Source of the DNA: an uncultured Ruminococcus sp.
GTDB lineage: Bacteria; Bacillota; Clostridia; Oscillospirales; Acutalibacteraceae
Direction: 5' to 3'
Assembly (NCBI GenBank): GCA_902803035.1
Contig: CADCON010000009.1
Location: forward strand, 1-32,736
DNA: 32,736 bases
Part shown: positions 25,901-32,736 of the stretch, one piece after another
Layout of the letters: each line of letters opens with the position of its first letter
Numbering within the stretch: position 1 is the stretch's first letter
The notes under the pieces: model-generated
What the model was told of the DNA's origin: nothing
Databases searched by the model: none
Seen by the model: the letters and a program-made list of their open reading frames with translations, nothing else
Made by a program: the position numbers and the translations under genes

Positions 25901-28900
25901 ACGTCCGCCACCTTGAGAAGGTTATCCAGCGCGAGATCAAGACCCAGAATATTGACCTCACCGAATTCCACGAGTCCTTTGGTGATGACTTCGCCCGCGT
26001 AGCCGCCGGCCGCCCGGTAGGCACTGACAAGCTTGGCGTGGCTGGCGTTACCATAGCGTATGACGCCGCTGTGCATCGCGCCGGCATAACCGCCCGCGCA
26101 GCCGCCGTAGGTGGTGAAAACGCCGTCGTCGTATTCGTTACGGCCGGCAACCGCGTGATAGCCGTAGGTGAACTGGCTGAAGGCTTCCCTGAGCTGATCC
26201 TCATTGTCAAAAGTACCGAGAGCGATCAGGCTGCTCAGCTCGTTCGCTTCGGGAGCCGCGCTGCCCTTTGCCGCGACATAGGTGAGCCATTTATTCCATG
26301 TTTCCAGATCCATCTCTTCGAGAGGGCCGAAAACATTGGCGTTTTCGATGGTGGGATAGACAGCGTCGAGAGCCTCCAGCAGGTTATCCGCGCTGATGAT
26401 TCCGCCAAGAAGCGAAAGATTGCCCGATTTTGCCGTGCTGCCCGCTTCCATGAGACCCACATAGCCGCCGGCGTATTCCGCGCCGTAGACCGAGCGGATT
26501 CTCACCGCGTCACAGTCGCGCTTGTCGCCGGAATAATTCTCTTCTCCCAGCCACGGTTCGGAGCTGTTGCCCCAGATCTGTCCGCCGGAGCTGTGTCCGA
26601 CATAGCCGCCCGCAAAGCCGCGCGCCTGGGGCGTATTCACGCCGCGTCCGTCGGACAGGCTCTGCGCTCTGACCACACCGCCGCAGGGGATGCAGGTAGT
26701 AACACTGTTGTAAACCGTCGGAATGAACGCCTGCACCAGCTTCAGCGTGTCGCCGTCAATGATAGTGCTGACAATATCCGAAAGGGTGGCAGGCTCCTCC
26801 GGCTCTTCGGGATTCTCGTCTGCCTGCGGCGTATGCTCCACGTCCAGAATGTCCGCGACGTCGCCGGGCAGCATTTCGCCCGCGTAGCCGCCGGAAGCAA
26901 TCTCTCCGATGATGTAGGAGAATTTGTAGGAATTGCCGTCCTGAATATGCGCGCCGCCGATCTGACCGGCATAACCGCCCGCGTAGCCGAAGCCCGATGT
27001 GTCGTAGTTTTTGTCACCGAGATTCACGTGACTTGACGCGAGCACCGAGAAGCCGCCCGGCAGTCCGTAAACGTTGGAATGCTCGATGGTGGTCACCACC
27101 ACGTCCAGCCCGCTGAGAAGCTGCGTGCTGGTGAGCGATTCATGCATGAGGCTGATGCTGTCGCCCAGCGCGCGGGCGGAACCGACATTCATGCAGCCGA
27201 TGTAGCCGCCGGCGTATTCCGCGCCCGCGACCGAGTAGGGAACGGTGTCCCAGCCGGGGGTGAAATCCATGTATTCTGTACCGTCGCTGTCCTCCAGATT
27301 CGCGGGAATCTTGTCGGGGCACCGGCGCTTGAGACTCCTGACATGACAATGGGAAACCTCCATGCCGCTGCCATAGCCGATGTAGCCGCCGGCGTATCCC
27401 TTGGAGGAAGGCGAATTTTCATCGTCAATGTATGCCGCCAGAACGGTGAATCCTTTCTCCGAATACACGCCCGCGTACCAGAGCTTGGGCAGATAGGCGT
27501 TGGTAATGCTGGCAATGCCGGCGATGTCCACCTTGACATTCTTGTTGAGAAGTCCCAGACCGCTGCCGCCTTCACGCTCCAGCGCGCCGGAGAACACCTT
27601 GCCGCCAAAGCCGCCGGCGAATTTGCCGCCCTCCACATGGTCGATATTGTAGACTGCGTAGGGGCTGTTCTGCACCGCCTGCATTTCCTTGGAATCGATA
27701 TTCAGCGTGCCGCTGCGGAATTCGCCCGCGAAGCCGCCCGCCGCGTTGCCCTTGACATAGCCGCCGTCAAGGAAGGTGACGTCGCATCTTTCCAGCTTGG
27801 GAATGATGTCCAGTCCCAGTGAAATAAGCTGTCCGACGTCGAGAACCGTCACCGCCTGTTCGCCGACCGAACCTCCGCTGACTGTTTCATTGCCTACGCT
27901 GATGCCCGAAAGGTCGCCCGCGGCACAATGACCCACAAAGCCGCCTGATCTGCCGCAGCGCATATCCGAGGTGACGCTTCTGAGCCGGCTCACATGACAG
28001 TCGGTCACGGTCGCGCTGGTGCAGTCCCCGAAGAAGCCGCCCGCGCTGTAATCGGTCCGGCCGTTGTCATCCTCGTATTTTCCTGTCGCCTCCACCTCCA
28101 CCGCCAGACCGGAGGAACGATCGTTGACGCGGCAGTCTGTGATCGTGGTGTGAATGCCGTCGGTCATGCCGAGAAGGTCATTGATGGCGAGCAGATTGAT
28201 GCCCAGCAGCGTAAGGCTGAGTCCGTTGCCGCCCACAACCCTATCGGGGCCGGTCGTACCGGCAAAGCCGCCGGCGTGATTATTCGCCTTGACGAGCGTC
28301 ACGTTGTTGACATTCACTCTCGTGATGTCGCCGCCGATGGCAAAGCCCGCCGCGCCGCCGGCAAAATCGCCGGTGGCAATGACCCGGAATCCCGCGCGCT
28401 CTCCGGAGGAATTCTTCTCGCTGTCAATAGTGACGTCCTCCATGCGGAAGGCGAGATGGGATTGCAGACCCAACGTGCTGCCGAGCAGCGTGCCTGTGTT
28501 GGCGGAGCAGAGATAACCCGCGCCGCCGCCCGCAAGGGAGTATTTTCCGTCGATCGCGGGGTGATCGTTTTCGTCCTCCCCGCTGTCGCCTTCCCCGTCA
28601 TTGCCATCTGCGAACGCGCCCGAAGCGATGACCTCCACGAGCTGATCCACCAGAACCGGCTTCGCGGTGACCTCCGGAACCGGAATATTGCCGTCCCTGT
28701 AGCGGGAGAGATCCGCGATCGCGCCGGAATCGTCGATATATACGCCTTCGCCGTAGCCGATCAGACCGCCGGCGATGTTGCCTGAAGTGTGTACGACGAC
28801 CTTGCCCCTGATCTGGCATCCGAGAATGCCGGAATTGGACACGCCGCCCAGTTCGAGAAGTCCCTGGCTTCCCTCATTGCTGAGAAGATTGGTCAGCGCG

Positions 28901-31650
28901 GTCTTGACCGTGCTCAGAAGGTCCGCGTTGACCGGCAGATAATCGGGCAGGCAGAAGCCCGAACCGAGCTGCGCGCTGCCGGTAAATCCGCCCGCGCAGT
29001 CGCGGTGAGCGGTGATGCTGACCGTGCTGTCCGCGTCGATGACGCAATTGATGACGCTGCTGTTGGCCTGAATGCCCGCAAAGCCGCCCAGACTCCAGTT
29101 ACCGGTCAGGATAACAGAGCTGTTCCTTATCTGACACTCCCTGATCTCGCTCTGCGGATAGAGCGTTCCGACCGTAATGCCGAGACCGGAAAGGAGCTGC
29201 TGGATGATATCGTCGCGCGCGACGCCCACAAAGCCGCCGCCGCCGCGTTCCGCGTCCAGCGTGACCGACATATTCCTGACGGCCGACCAGGTCAGCTCCG
29301 TACCGCATATCGAACCGGCAAAGCCGCCCACGCCGTACCTTCCCGCGCCGAATGACAGTGTGCAGTTGTCAACCGTGCAGGCGTCGATCTTGGTTTCGAC
29401 ATATCCGGTGGGAATAATCTGATCAAGATGCAGCACATTCTGGGCGAGAATGGTCACCAGATCGCCCAGACCGATGCCGGGGATCAGATTGAGCACCCAT
29501 GTCAGACCGTCCACCACGCCGCCGAGAACGCTGTCAAGCGCGCTGTAGGTGAGGGTTCCCTGCACATGGCCCACAAAGCCGCCGCAGCCGACGATCTTGT
29601 GCATGTCGCTGCCCTCCTGCACGGTGACGGCTGACCGGACGTTCACCCGCTCCACATAGCAGTCGGAAACCTCCACCTTGCCCACGATCCTGCCCGCGAA
29701 CGCGCCTGTCGCCAGCGCGGTGGGATCCTTCTTGCGGGCATCGAGCAGATCCTGCAGCGTATCGCTGAGATTGATCGACTGCTCCCCGTTGCCGAGATTG
29801 ACGGCAAAATTCAGCAGTCCGTCGGCTACCCAGCCTAGAAGACTGGGCAGTCCTTTGAGAAGGATGCTGATGAAGGTTTCATTGGCGTCCACGTCGGTGC
29901 AGTTGTTGGTTACGGACGCGTCCCTGAGATGAATGTTCCTCACCACGGACGTTGTCCCCGACAGATCAGAATCGTTGTATTTCGCGCTGATCGTGCCGAA
30001 GAATCCGACGCCCATCTGCGAAGCGACGTCGAGTTTTCCGTCCTTCATGATCGGGTTGACGCTGAAATTCGAAATGACCGGCTTGCTGTCCGTGCTGAGA
30101 TTCAGCTCTGTCTTTTCGTCGTTCCACAGGTTGCCGCCGCCGTTCGGCTTCACGCCGTACATCGTGCCGGTAAACATGAGCGGCGCCCAGTCATAGCCGT
30201 CGAGATTGATGTTGCGGAATACGATGTAATTGGCGTCTGTGGCATATTCCAGACGGATGGTGTTATTCGACGGATCCGACAGATTGAGTTTGTTGGTCGC
30301 CGGATCAACCGTGGTGTAGATGGTGCCGCTCAGACCGGTTGTGTCATTGAGCGCGTGATAATTATTTCCTGTGCCGGCCGCGCTGTTGTAGCTGTCAAAC
30401 AGTCTGTCGTCGGTCACGTCCGCGTCGCCGGGATACACCAGCTCCGGGTCACCGTCCGGTTCCCACGGGTCTGTAAGGCGTGATCTCTTCACCTTCAGCT
30501 TGTAGACAGGCCCGTAGACCGCGACGTCTTCCCGGCTGCCGCTGACCGCAATGCCGAGGACTTCCTTTTCACGTCCCCTGTCAATGGCTTTGAGCTGCGC
30601 GGCCGTGCCGATGAGAATGTAATCGGTGCCGTTGATATTGGCTGTCACCTGACCCGCGTAATCCCTGCCGTCGCGGTCGCCGGCGTCGCGGTTGGCATAG
30701 GGCCAGAGAACCTTCGCCCCGCCGCGGATCGCAATGCTTTCGTCCCCCGGCTTCACCGGCGTGAATTCCGACGAAATCACATAGCGGTGGCCTTCGCTGT
30801 AGGTCAGGTATCCAAGCGATTCATCGCCCGGATAGATGAATTGTCCTGTGCCGAATAATTCGGTGCTCCAGTCGTTCGACATCACGGGAATCTCAGCCCT
30901 GTGGCTGTCCGCGAGCGTCATGAGCTGGAATCCGTTCTGCAGGTACACCGTGTCGCTCTCCACGTCGTACAACCGCTGGTTCAGCGCCCCTTTTGCGGGG
31001 CTTTCTTCCTCGCCGGGGTCAGGGTCCTCCCCGTCCCCGTCTTCCTCGCCGTCGCCGGCGTCTTCTCCGTCTCCGGAATTATCTCCGTCGTCGGTTTCCT
31101 CCGTCTTTCCGGCATTCTCCTCCATCTTCCTCGCGGAAGTGAATTCGCCGCTGAAGCCCGCCGGAACATTCCATTGTGTCTGCGCCGGAAGGGAAATGTC
31201 GCCTTCGAGATAATAAACCGCGTCCGCCGCGTACGTCACGGGTTCCCCATTCTGATCCGTGATCTGCGCGCCGCTGCCGACGGTTTCCTCAACGTCGTCC
31301 CCGGTCTTCAGCTCCGCGCCGCTGCCCGCAAGCTGAAGCTGGCGGAAATTGAAGATATGAATCATTCCGCCGCCGTAAAGCCGTTCGGCAGCTTCTTCAT
31401 ACGCCCTGATTGCTTCGGGCGAAGGCTGCTCTTCCGGCTCTTCCTGCGTGACAGGCGCATTGCCGTTCGTGCCGAGATCGACGCTGCCGGTGTAGGTGAT
31501 GTACTGGCCATCTCCGCCGTCCGCCGCGTCGCCTGAAGCGTAAACACTCACTGTCGTGTCCACTGATGTGGCAACCTGCTCCGCAATCGCGGTGATCAGC
31601 GATATGACCAGCAGCAGGGCGAGTGCTCTTGTGCTCCAATGCTTCTTCAT
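22954..31650 (-). CDS. Giant (2,898 aa) LPXTG-anchored surface protein with about 30 GLUG-like GGF/YxG modules and a C-terminal Cna-B-like domain
   Basis: GGGAGG 8 nt upstream of the ATG. Signal peptide MKKHWSTRALALLLVISLITAIA. Acidic D/E/G tract (aa 183-217). YIVFRNINLDGYDWAPLMFTGTMYG entry motif. Repeated AGGFAG / GGFVG / AGGYAG / AGGYIG motifs through roughly nt 24040-30020. Cna-B-like VDITVNKVWKD...YYQYHISEVSVDNY...ITNRY. LPGTG (nt 23128-23142), then TM and charged tail. Confidence 0.9.
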   Translation of the reverse strand: MKKHWSTRALALLLVISLITAIAEQVATSVDTTVSVYASGDAADGGDGQYITYTGSVDLGTNGNAPVTQEEPEEQPSPEAIRAYEEAAERLYGGGMIHIFNFRQLQLAGSGAELKTGDDVEETVGSGAQITDQNGEPVTYAADAVYYLEGDISLPAQTQWNVPAGFSGEFTSARKMEENAGKTEETDDGDNSGDGEDAGDGEEDGDGEDPDPGEEESPAKGALNQRLYDVESDTVYLQNGFQLMTLADSHRAEIPVMSNDWSTELFGTGQFIYPGDESLGYLTYSEGHRYVISSEFTPVKPGDESIAIRGGAKVLWPYANRDAGDRDGRDYAGQVTANINGTDYILIGTAAQLKAIDRGREKEVLGIAVSGSREDVAVYGPVYKLKVKRSRLTDPWEPDGDPELVYPGDADVTDDRLFDSYNSAAGTGNNYHALNDTTGLSGTIYTTVDPATNKLNLSDPSNNTIRLEYATDANYIVFRNINLDGYDWAPLMFTGTMYGVKPNGGGNLWNDEKTELNLSTDSKPVISNFSVNPIMKDGKLDVASQMGVGFFGTISAKYNDSDLSGTTSVVRNIHLRDASVTNNCTDVDANETFISILLKGLPSLLGWVADGLLNFAVNLGNGEQSINLSDTLQDLLDARKKDPTALATGAFAGRIVGKVEVSDCYVERVNVRSAVTVQEGSDMHKIVGCGGFVGHVQGTLTYSALDSVLGGVVDGLTWVLNLIPGIGLGDLVTILAQNVLHLDQIIPTGYVETKIDACTVDNCTLSFGAGRYGVGGFAGSICGTELTWSAVRNMSVTLDAERGGGGFVGVARDDIIQQLLSGLGITVGTLYPQSEIRECQIRNSSVILTGNWSLGGFAGIQANSSVINCVIDADSTVSITAHRDCAGGFTGSAQLGSGFCLPDYLPVNADLLSTVKTALTNLLSNEGSQGLLELGGVSNSGILGCQIRGKVVVHTSGNIAGGLIGYGEGVYIDDSGAIADLSRYRDGNIPVPEVTAKPVLVDQLVEVIASGAFADGNDGEGDSGEDENDHPAIDGKYSLAGGGAGYLCSANTGTLLGSTLGLQSHLAFRMEDVTIDSEKNSSGERAGFRVIATGDFAGGAAGFAIGGDITRVNVNNVTLVKANNHAGGFAGTTGPDRVVGGNGLSLTLLGINLLAINDLLGMTDGIHTTITDCRVNDRSSGLAVEVEATGKYEDDNGRTDYSAGGFFGDCTSATVTDCHVSRLRSVTSDMRCGRSGGFVGHCAAGDLSGISVGNETVSGGSVGEQAVTVLDVGQLISLGLDIIPKLERCDVTFLDGGYVKGNAAGGFAGEFRSGTLNIDSKEMQAVQNSPYAVYNIDHVEGGKFAGGFGGKVFSGALEREGGSGLGLLNKNVKVDIAGIASITNAYLPKLWYAGVYSEKGFTVLAAYIDDENSPSSKGYAGGYIGYGSGMEVSHCHVRSLKRRCPDKIPANLEDSDGTEYMDFTPGWDTVPYSVAGAEYAGGYIGCMNVGSARALGDSISLMHESLTSTQLLSGLDVVVTTIEHSNVYGLPGGFSVLASSHVNLGDKNYDTSGFGYAGGYAGQIGGAHIQDGNSYKFSYIIGEIASGGYAGEMLPGDVADILDVEHTPQADENPEEPEEPATLSDIVSTIIDGDTLKLVQAFIPTVYNSVTTCIPCGGVVRAQSLSDGRGVNTPQARGFAGGYVGHSSGGQIWGNSSEPWLGEENYSGDKRDCDAVRIRSVYGAEYAGGYVGLMEAGSTAKSGNLSLLGGIISADNLLEALDAVYPTIENANVFGPLEEMDLETWNKWLTYVAAKGSAAPEANELSSLIALGTFDNEDQLREAFSQFTYGYHAVAGRNEYDDGVFTTYGGCAGGYAGAMHSGVIRYGNASHAKLVSAYRAAGGYAGEVITKGLVEFGEVNILGLDLALDNLLKVADVLTPVVFESGVTGYQNGLVVRSDGLPTFEKIISGEGDDAVTKTISVDCGMAGGFVGGCYGGQLGTRADGRVDGEVQIPELGVWVRNCKTVTGRNCIGGFAGKTTAASVANADDSDASNGLIQGLLDTVISNPSQLVNALDATITVIGKAEVSGVPGTEWGIVVDGEYKDSNNETQYAYCAGGFVGSSEATVFGAKNTPERTLIVSDLRGVSAAYYAGGFFGLAHVGSVAEVGDKDGNTNILHLLQTEDISVLDIFRTYIYHATVSGVEDGIMIVAHDQSLRGSIGNLNLSGAAGGFGGAMMNGTVENSSVDTLNFAQAPNYAAGFVGLSGTSSGIGEDSLGIQPSEENEEGEEPDPEDPLKTTLDGLGLGDLNISAELLNVSGSVFRNCTVTGFTNGFVTRTTNIQTKVANGHSGDVKGSCAAGFVGYADMAHFDECAVDQFKFAWSTQNAGGFAGRSALNYLVDIAIDSGLTGILVKVVDVLVRGLYLDQAERADFFNASGDLLGLQVFSEGNVAAVNLFGLKISVALSKNDEQYNGARDAAIITIGSSTVKLPCDENGIDEENAPDISVTLIEGNRAEFTHSTVKGVPDGYNIYAGRATDEEDGVDELGYAGGFIGYNDAGVIDYCSTELCDVIRGTPPAGEGQPSKVGPFTGFTNTRSRTIEILEGYHEADGGEPEAYSNSFSVYRADNGGYTMIKKENAARIADKESENVTVNGESCNRYIVEHLGDITVHEDFKDATEDNASGSASRPLKAYVSPAMAVLMLDTALDDNIVGDTPITVDLKDPCDTPVDITVNKVWKDFIFLDSRPEEITLTIRQLNYGSTVPPSLLTMEDPGKPVVATETITIVASDSSAWTTAWQKVLKDRKAADRIVSGEEETIVYYQYHISEVSVDNYDSSYEIDESTCSLKITNRYTGPLLPGTGGSGTLLFIAAGLFLLVAGGMLIAFRLMPSDSRKRKLRTADADLDLSDFSDFLKYLKK

Positions 31651-31870
31651 GATTTGAACCTCCCATTCACATAAAATCGTGATGCATCATGCACTTCGCG
31701 GCGTTGTATTTTTTCCCCTCTGACAATCCCCCGCATTGAAAAAAAGAGTGAAAAAAAACAGACAATGAGGGACACTGAATGAGCGAATAATCAGTTTTCC
31801 ACAATTGTCCTGTTACGCTAAAACGTGGGGGTTAATGTCACGTCGCAATGCACAACCATCGCCAATATAT

Positions 31871-31898
31871 ATTATACATAAAGTATAGAAGAATGCAA
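31871..31898 (-). promoter_or_regulatory. Sigma-A-type promoter candidate for the pilus/adhesin operon
   Basis: Minus strand reads TTGCAT (31898-31893), 16-nt spacer, TATAAT (31876-31871). This would give a leader of about 215 nt before the ATG at 31650. It is the only good -35/-10 pair I found in the AT-rich gap. Confidence 0.4.
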
Positions 31899-32292
31899 TT
31901 GTAGAAAAATACAATTTTCACGAACTAAAGTCCATGCAAGATAGACATTCTATCTAGATTGTCTCATTACGAAAACGCCCGATTTCAGGGCAATTTACGA
32001 ATTATTCAGTAAAATTTCAGAACTCCATCACAATTGCATCTCAATTACATCTCAAGTTCCTCTCAAGCGGGATTTTTTCAATTTATTATCTACAATGACA
32101 GTCTAAAGTATTGTGACAAAATACATAGAAAAAAAGCCCTACGGACAACAGCACCGCATGAACGTATTTTCGTGCAATTAGCAGCGTAACAAGCCAATAA
32201 CGGAACGTCCGGACAGTCCGCAGCACAACCGCGCCTGCGGGCAAAAGAAAAAGCCCACCCGATTGAGTGAGCTTGGTTATTCGGTTGTATCA

Positions 32293-32521
32293 TCATCGGT
32301 CAGCGGTTTCTTTCAGTGGAATTTGAAGCCTGGCTATGAAATCCGCTTTGCTCACTCCGTATATTGCTTCATTGGCGTTTGCTCCGATGGAAGTGCCGCT
32401 TCGGATGATATGCTTTGACATGATGGACTCATGCTTTTCTTTGAGAAGATACTGATAAAGCCTGACAATACGGAAGGCGAATTTCAATGATTTTTACTAG
32501 AAGCGGGTGATCGTAGGACAT
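32293..32521 (-). pseudogene. Decayed four-helix-bundle protein gene (23S rRNA IVS protein / Avd-like family): frameshifted and C-terminally truncated
   Basis: AAGGAG, then 8 nt, then ATG at 32521, reading MSYDHPLLVK. The frame is lost in an A5 run (plus-strand TTTTT 32491-32495). Removing one A joins it to ...SLKFAFRIVRLYQYLLKEKHESIMSKHIIRSGTSIGANANEAIYGVSKADFIARLQIPLKET, the family core (RSGTSIGAN..EA...S..DFI.KL.I.LKE). The ORF then stops (TGATGA) about 40 aa short of family length. Confidence 0.65.
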
Positions 32522-32736
32522 GGCTGATTCTCCTTGACTGAAAAATGATGAAATAAATAATGGAAAGAATAAAGAATAAAAAAAGAATAATACACCAAAA
32601 AACGCTTACCTTCGCTTTCTACGGGTGTATTCTGTCTATGGCATTCCCACGGGAGGAAGCCGGCAGACAGGCTTGAACCCGAAGTATCCTCAGATGCGTG
32701 ATGAATTACGAGGATGCTCATTCATGCACGTTCACC

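Noticed and set aside
24298-27036. 912-aa plus-strand ORF, and neighbours 23239..24258, 27079..27822, 27994..28785, 28789..29355 and 29928..30483, lying antisense to the giant adhesin gene
   Set aside because: These are typical long antisense ORFs of GC-rich coding DNA. The translations are Arg/Ala/Gly-rich low-complexity sequence with no motifs or Shine-Dalgarno sites. The minus-strand frame has an uninterrupted 2,898-codon ORF with signal peptide, domain motifs and LPXTG.
31680-31689. 10-bp palindrome TGATGCATCA in the adhesin leader
   Set aside because: Dozens of 10-bp palindromes are expected by chance in 32 kb, and this one has no partner sites.
32670-32679. GGTTCAAGCC (minus strand), reminiscent of a tRNA/tmRNA T-loop
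   Set aside because: The flanking bases do not form a 5-bp T-stem, and no acceptor or anticodon arms can be drawn.
32293-32736. Possible diversity-generating retroelement, because the four-helix-bundle gene resembles the DGR accessory protein Avd
   Set aside because: The window contains no reverse transcriptase ORF and no template/variable repeat pair that I could see, and the Avd-like gene is itself broken. A DGR lying beyond 32,736 cannot be excluded.

Overview
GC-rich (judged by eye) chromosomal segment. Gene content points to a Gram-positive Firmicutes/Clostridia-type organism: cwlD-like amidase, ecfA1-ecfA2-ecfT, sortases with LPXTG substrates, GGAGG-type ribosome binding sites. I saw no rRNA, tRNA, CRISPR array, transposase or integrase. 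Bases 1-20,000 are mostly housekeeping. On the minus strand: a partial GT8 glycosyltransferase and a hypothetical, then an ECF sigma / anti-sigma / YfcE phosphodiesterase / CwlD-like amidase string. On the plus strand: pyrB (with a fused PyrI-type zinc domain) coupled to an iron-sulfur flavoprotein, an OmpR-type two-component pair, a PHP phosphoesterase, a hypothetical, ispF, a small DUF3343-like protein with a class V cysteine desulfurase, ruvC-ruvA-ruvB, a degenerate phosphohexomutase paralogue, a SAM methyltransferase, and ecfA1-ecfA2-ecfT. Bases 20,146-31,650 are the accessory part, a minus-strand three-gene sortase/pilus-type operon. It encodes a 2,898-aa LPGTG surface protein built from about 30 degenerate GGF/YxG (GLUG-like) modules plus a C-terminal Cna-B-like domain, then a class C sortase, then a 638-aa ORF. 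In that last ORF a pilin-like LPQTG substrate (pilin-motif lysine, 7 x SDTPSGS stalk) runs in frame through its own sorting signal into a second TM helix and a complete sortase catalytic domain. This apparent natural substrate-sortase fusion is the most unusual thing in the window. Upstream of the operon lie an AT-rich 640-bp non-coding stretch and a decayed four-helix-bundle (Avd/23S-IVS family) gene. All functional calls come from reading motifs in the supplied translations or my own. No database search was run.
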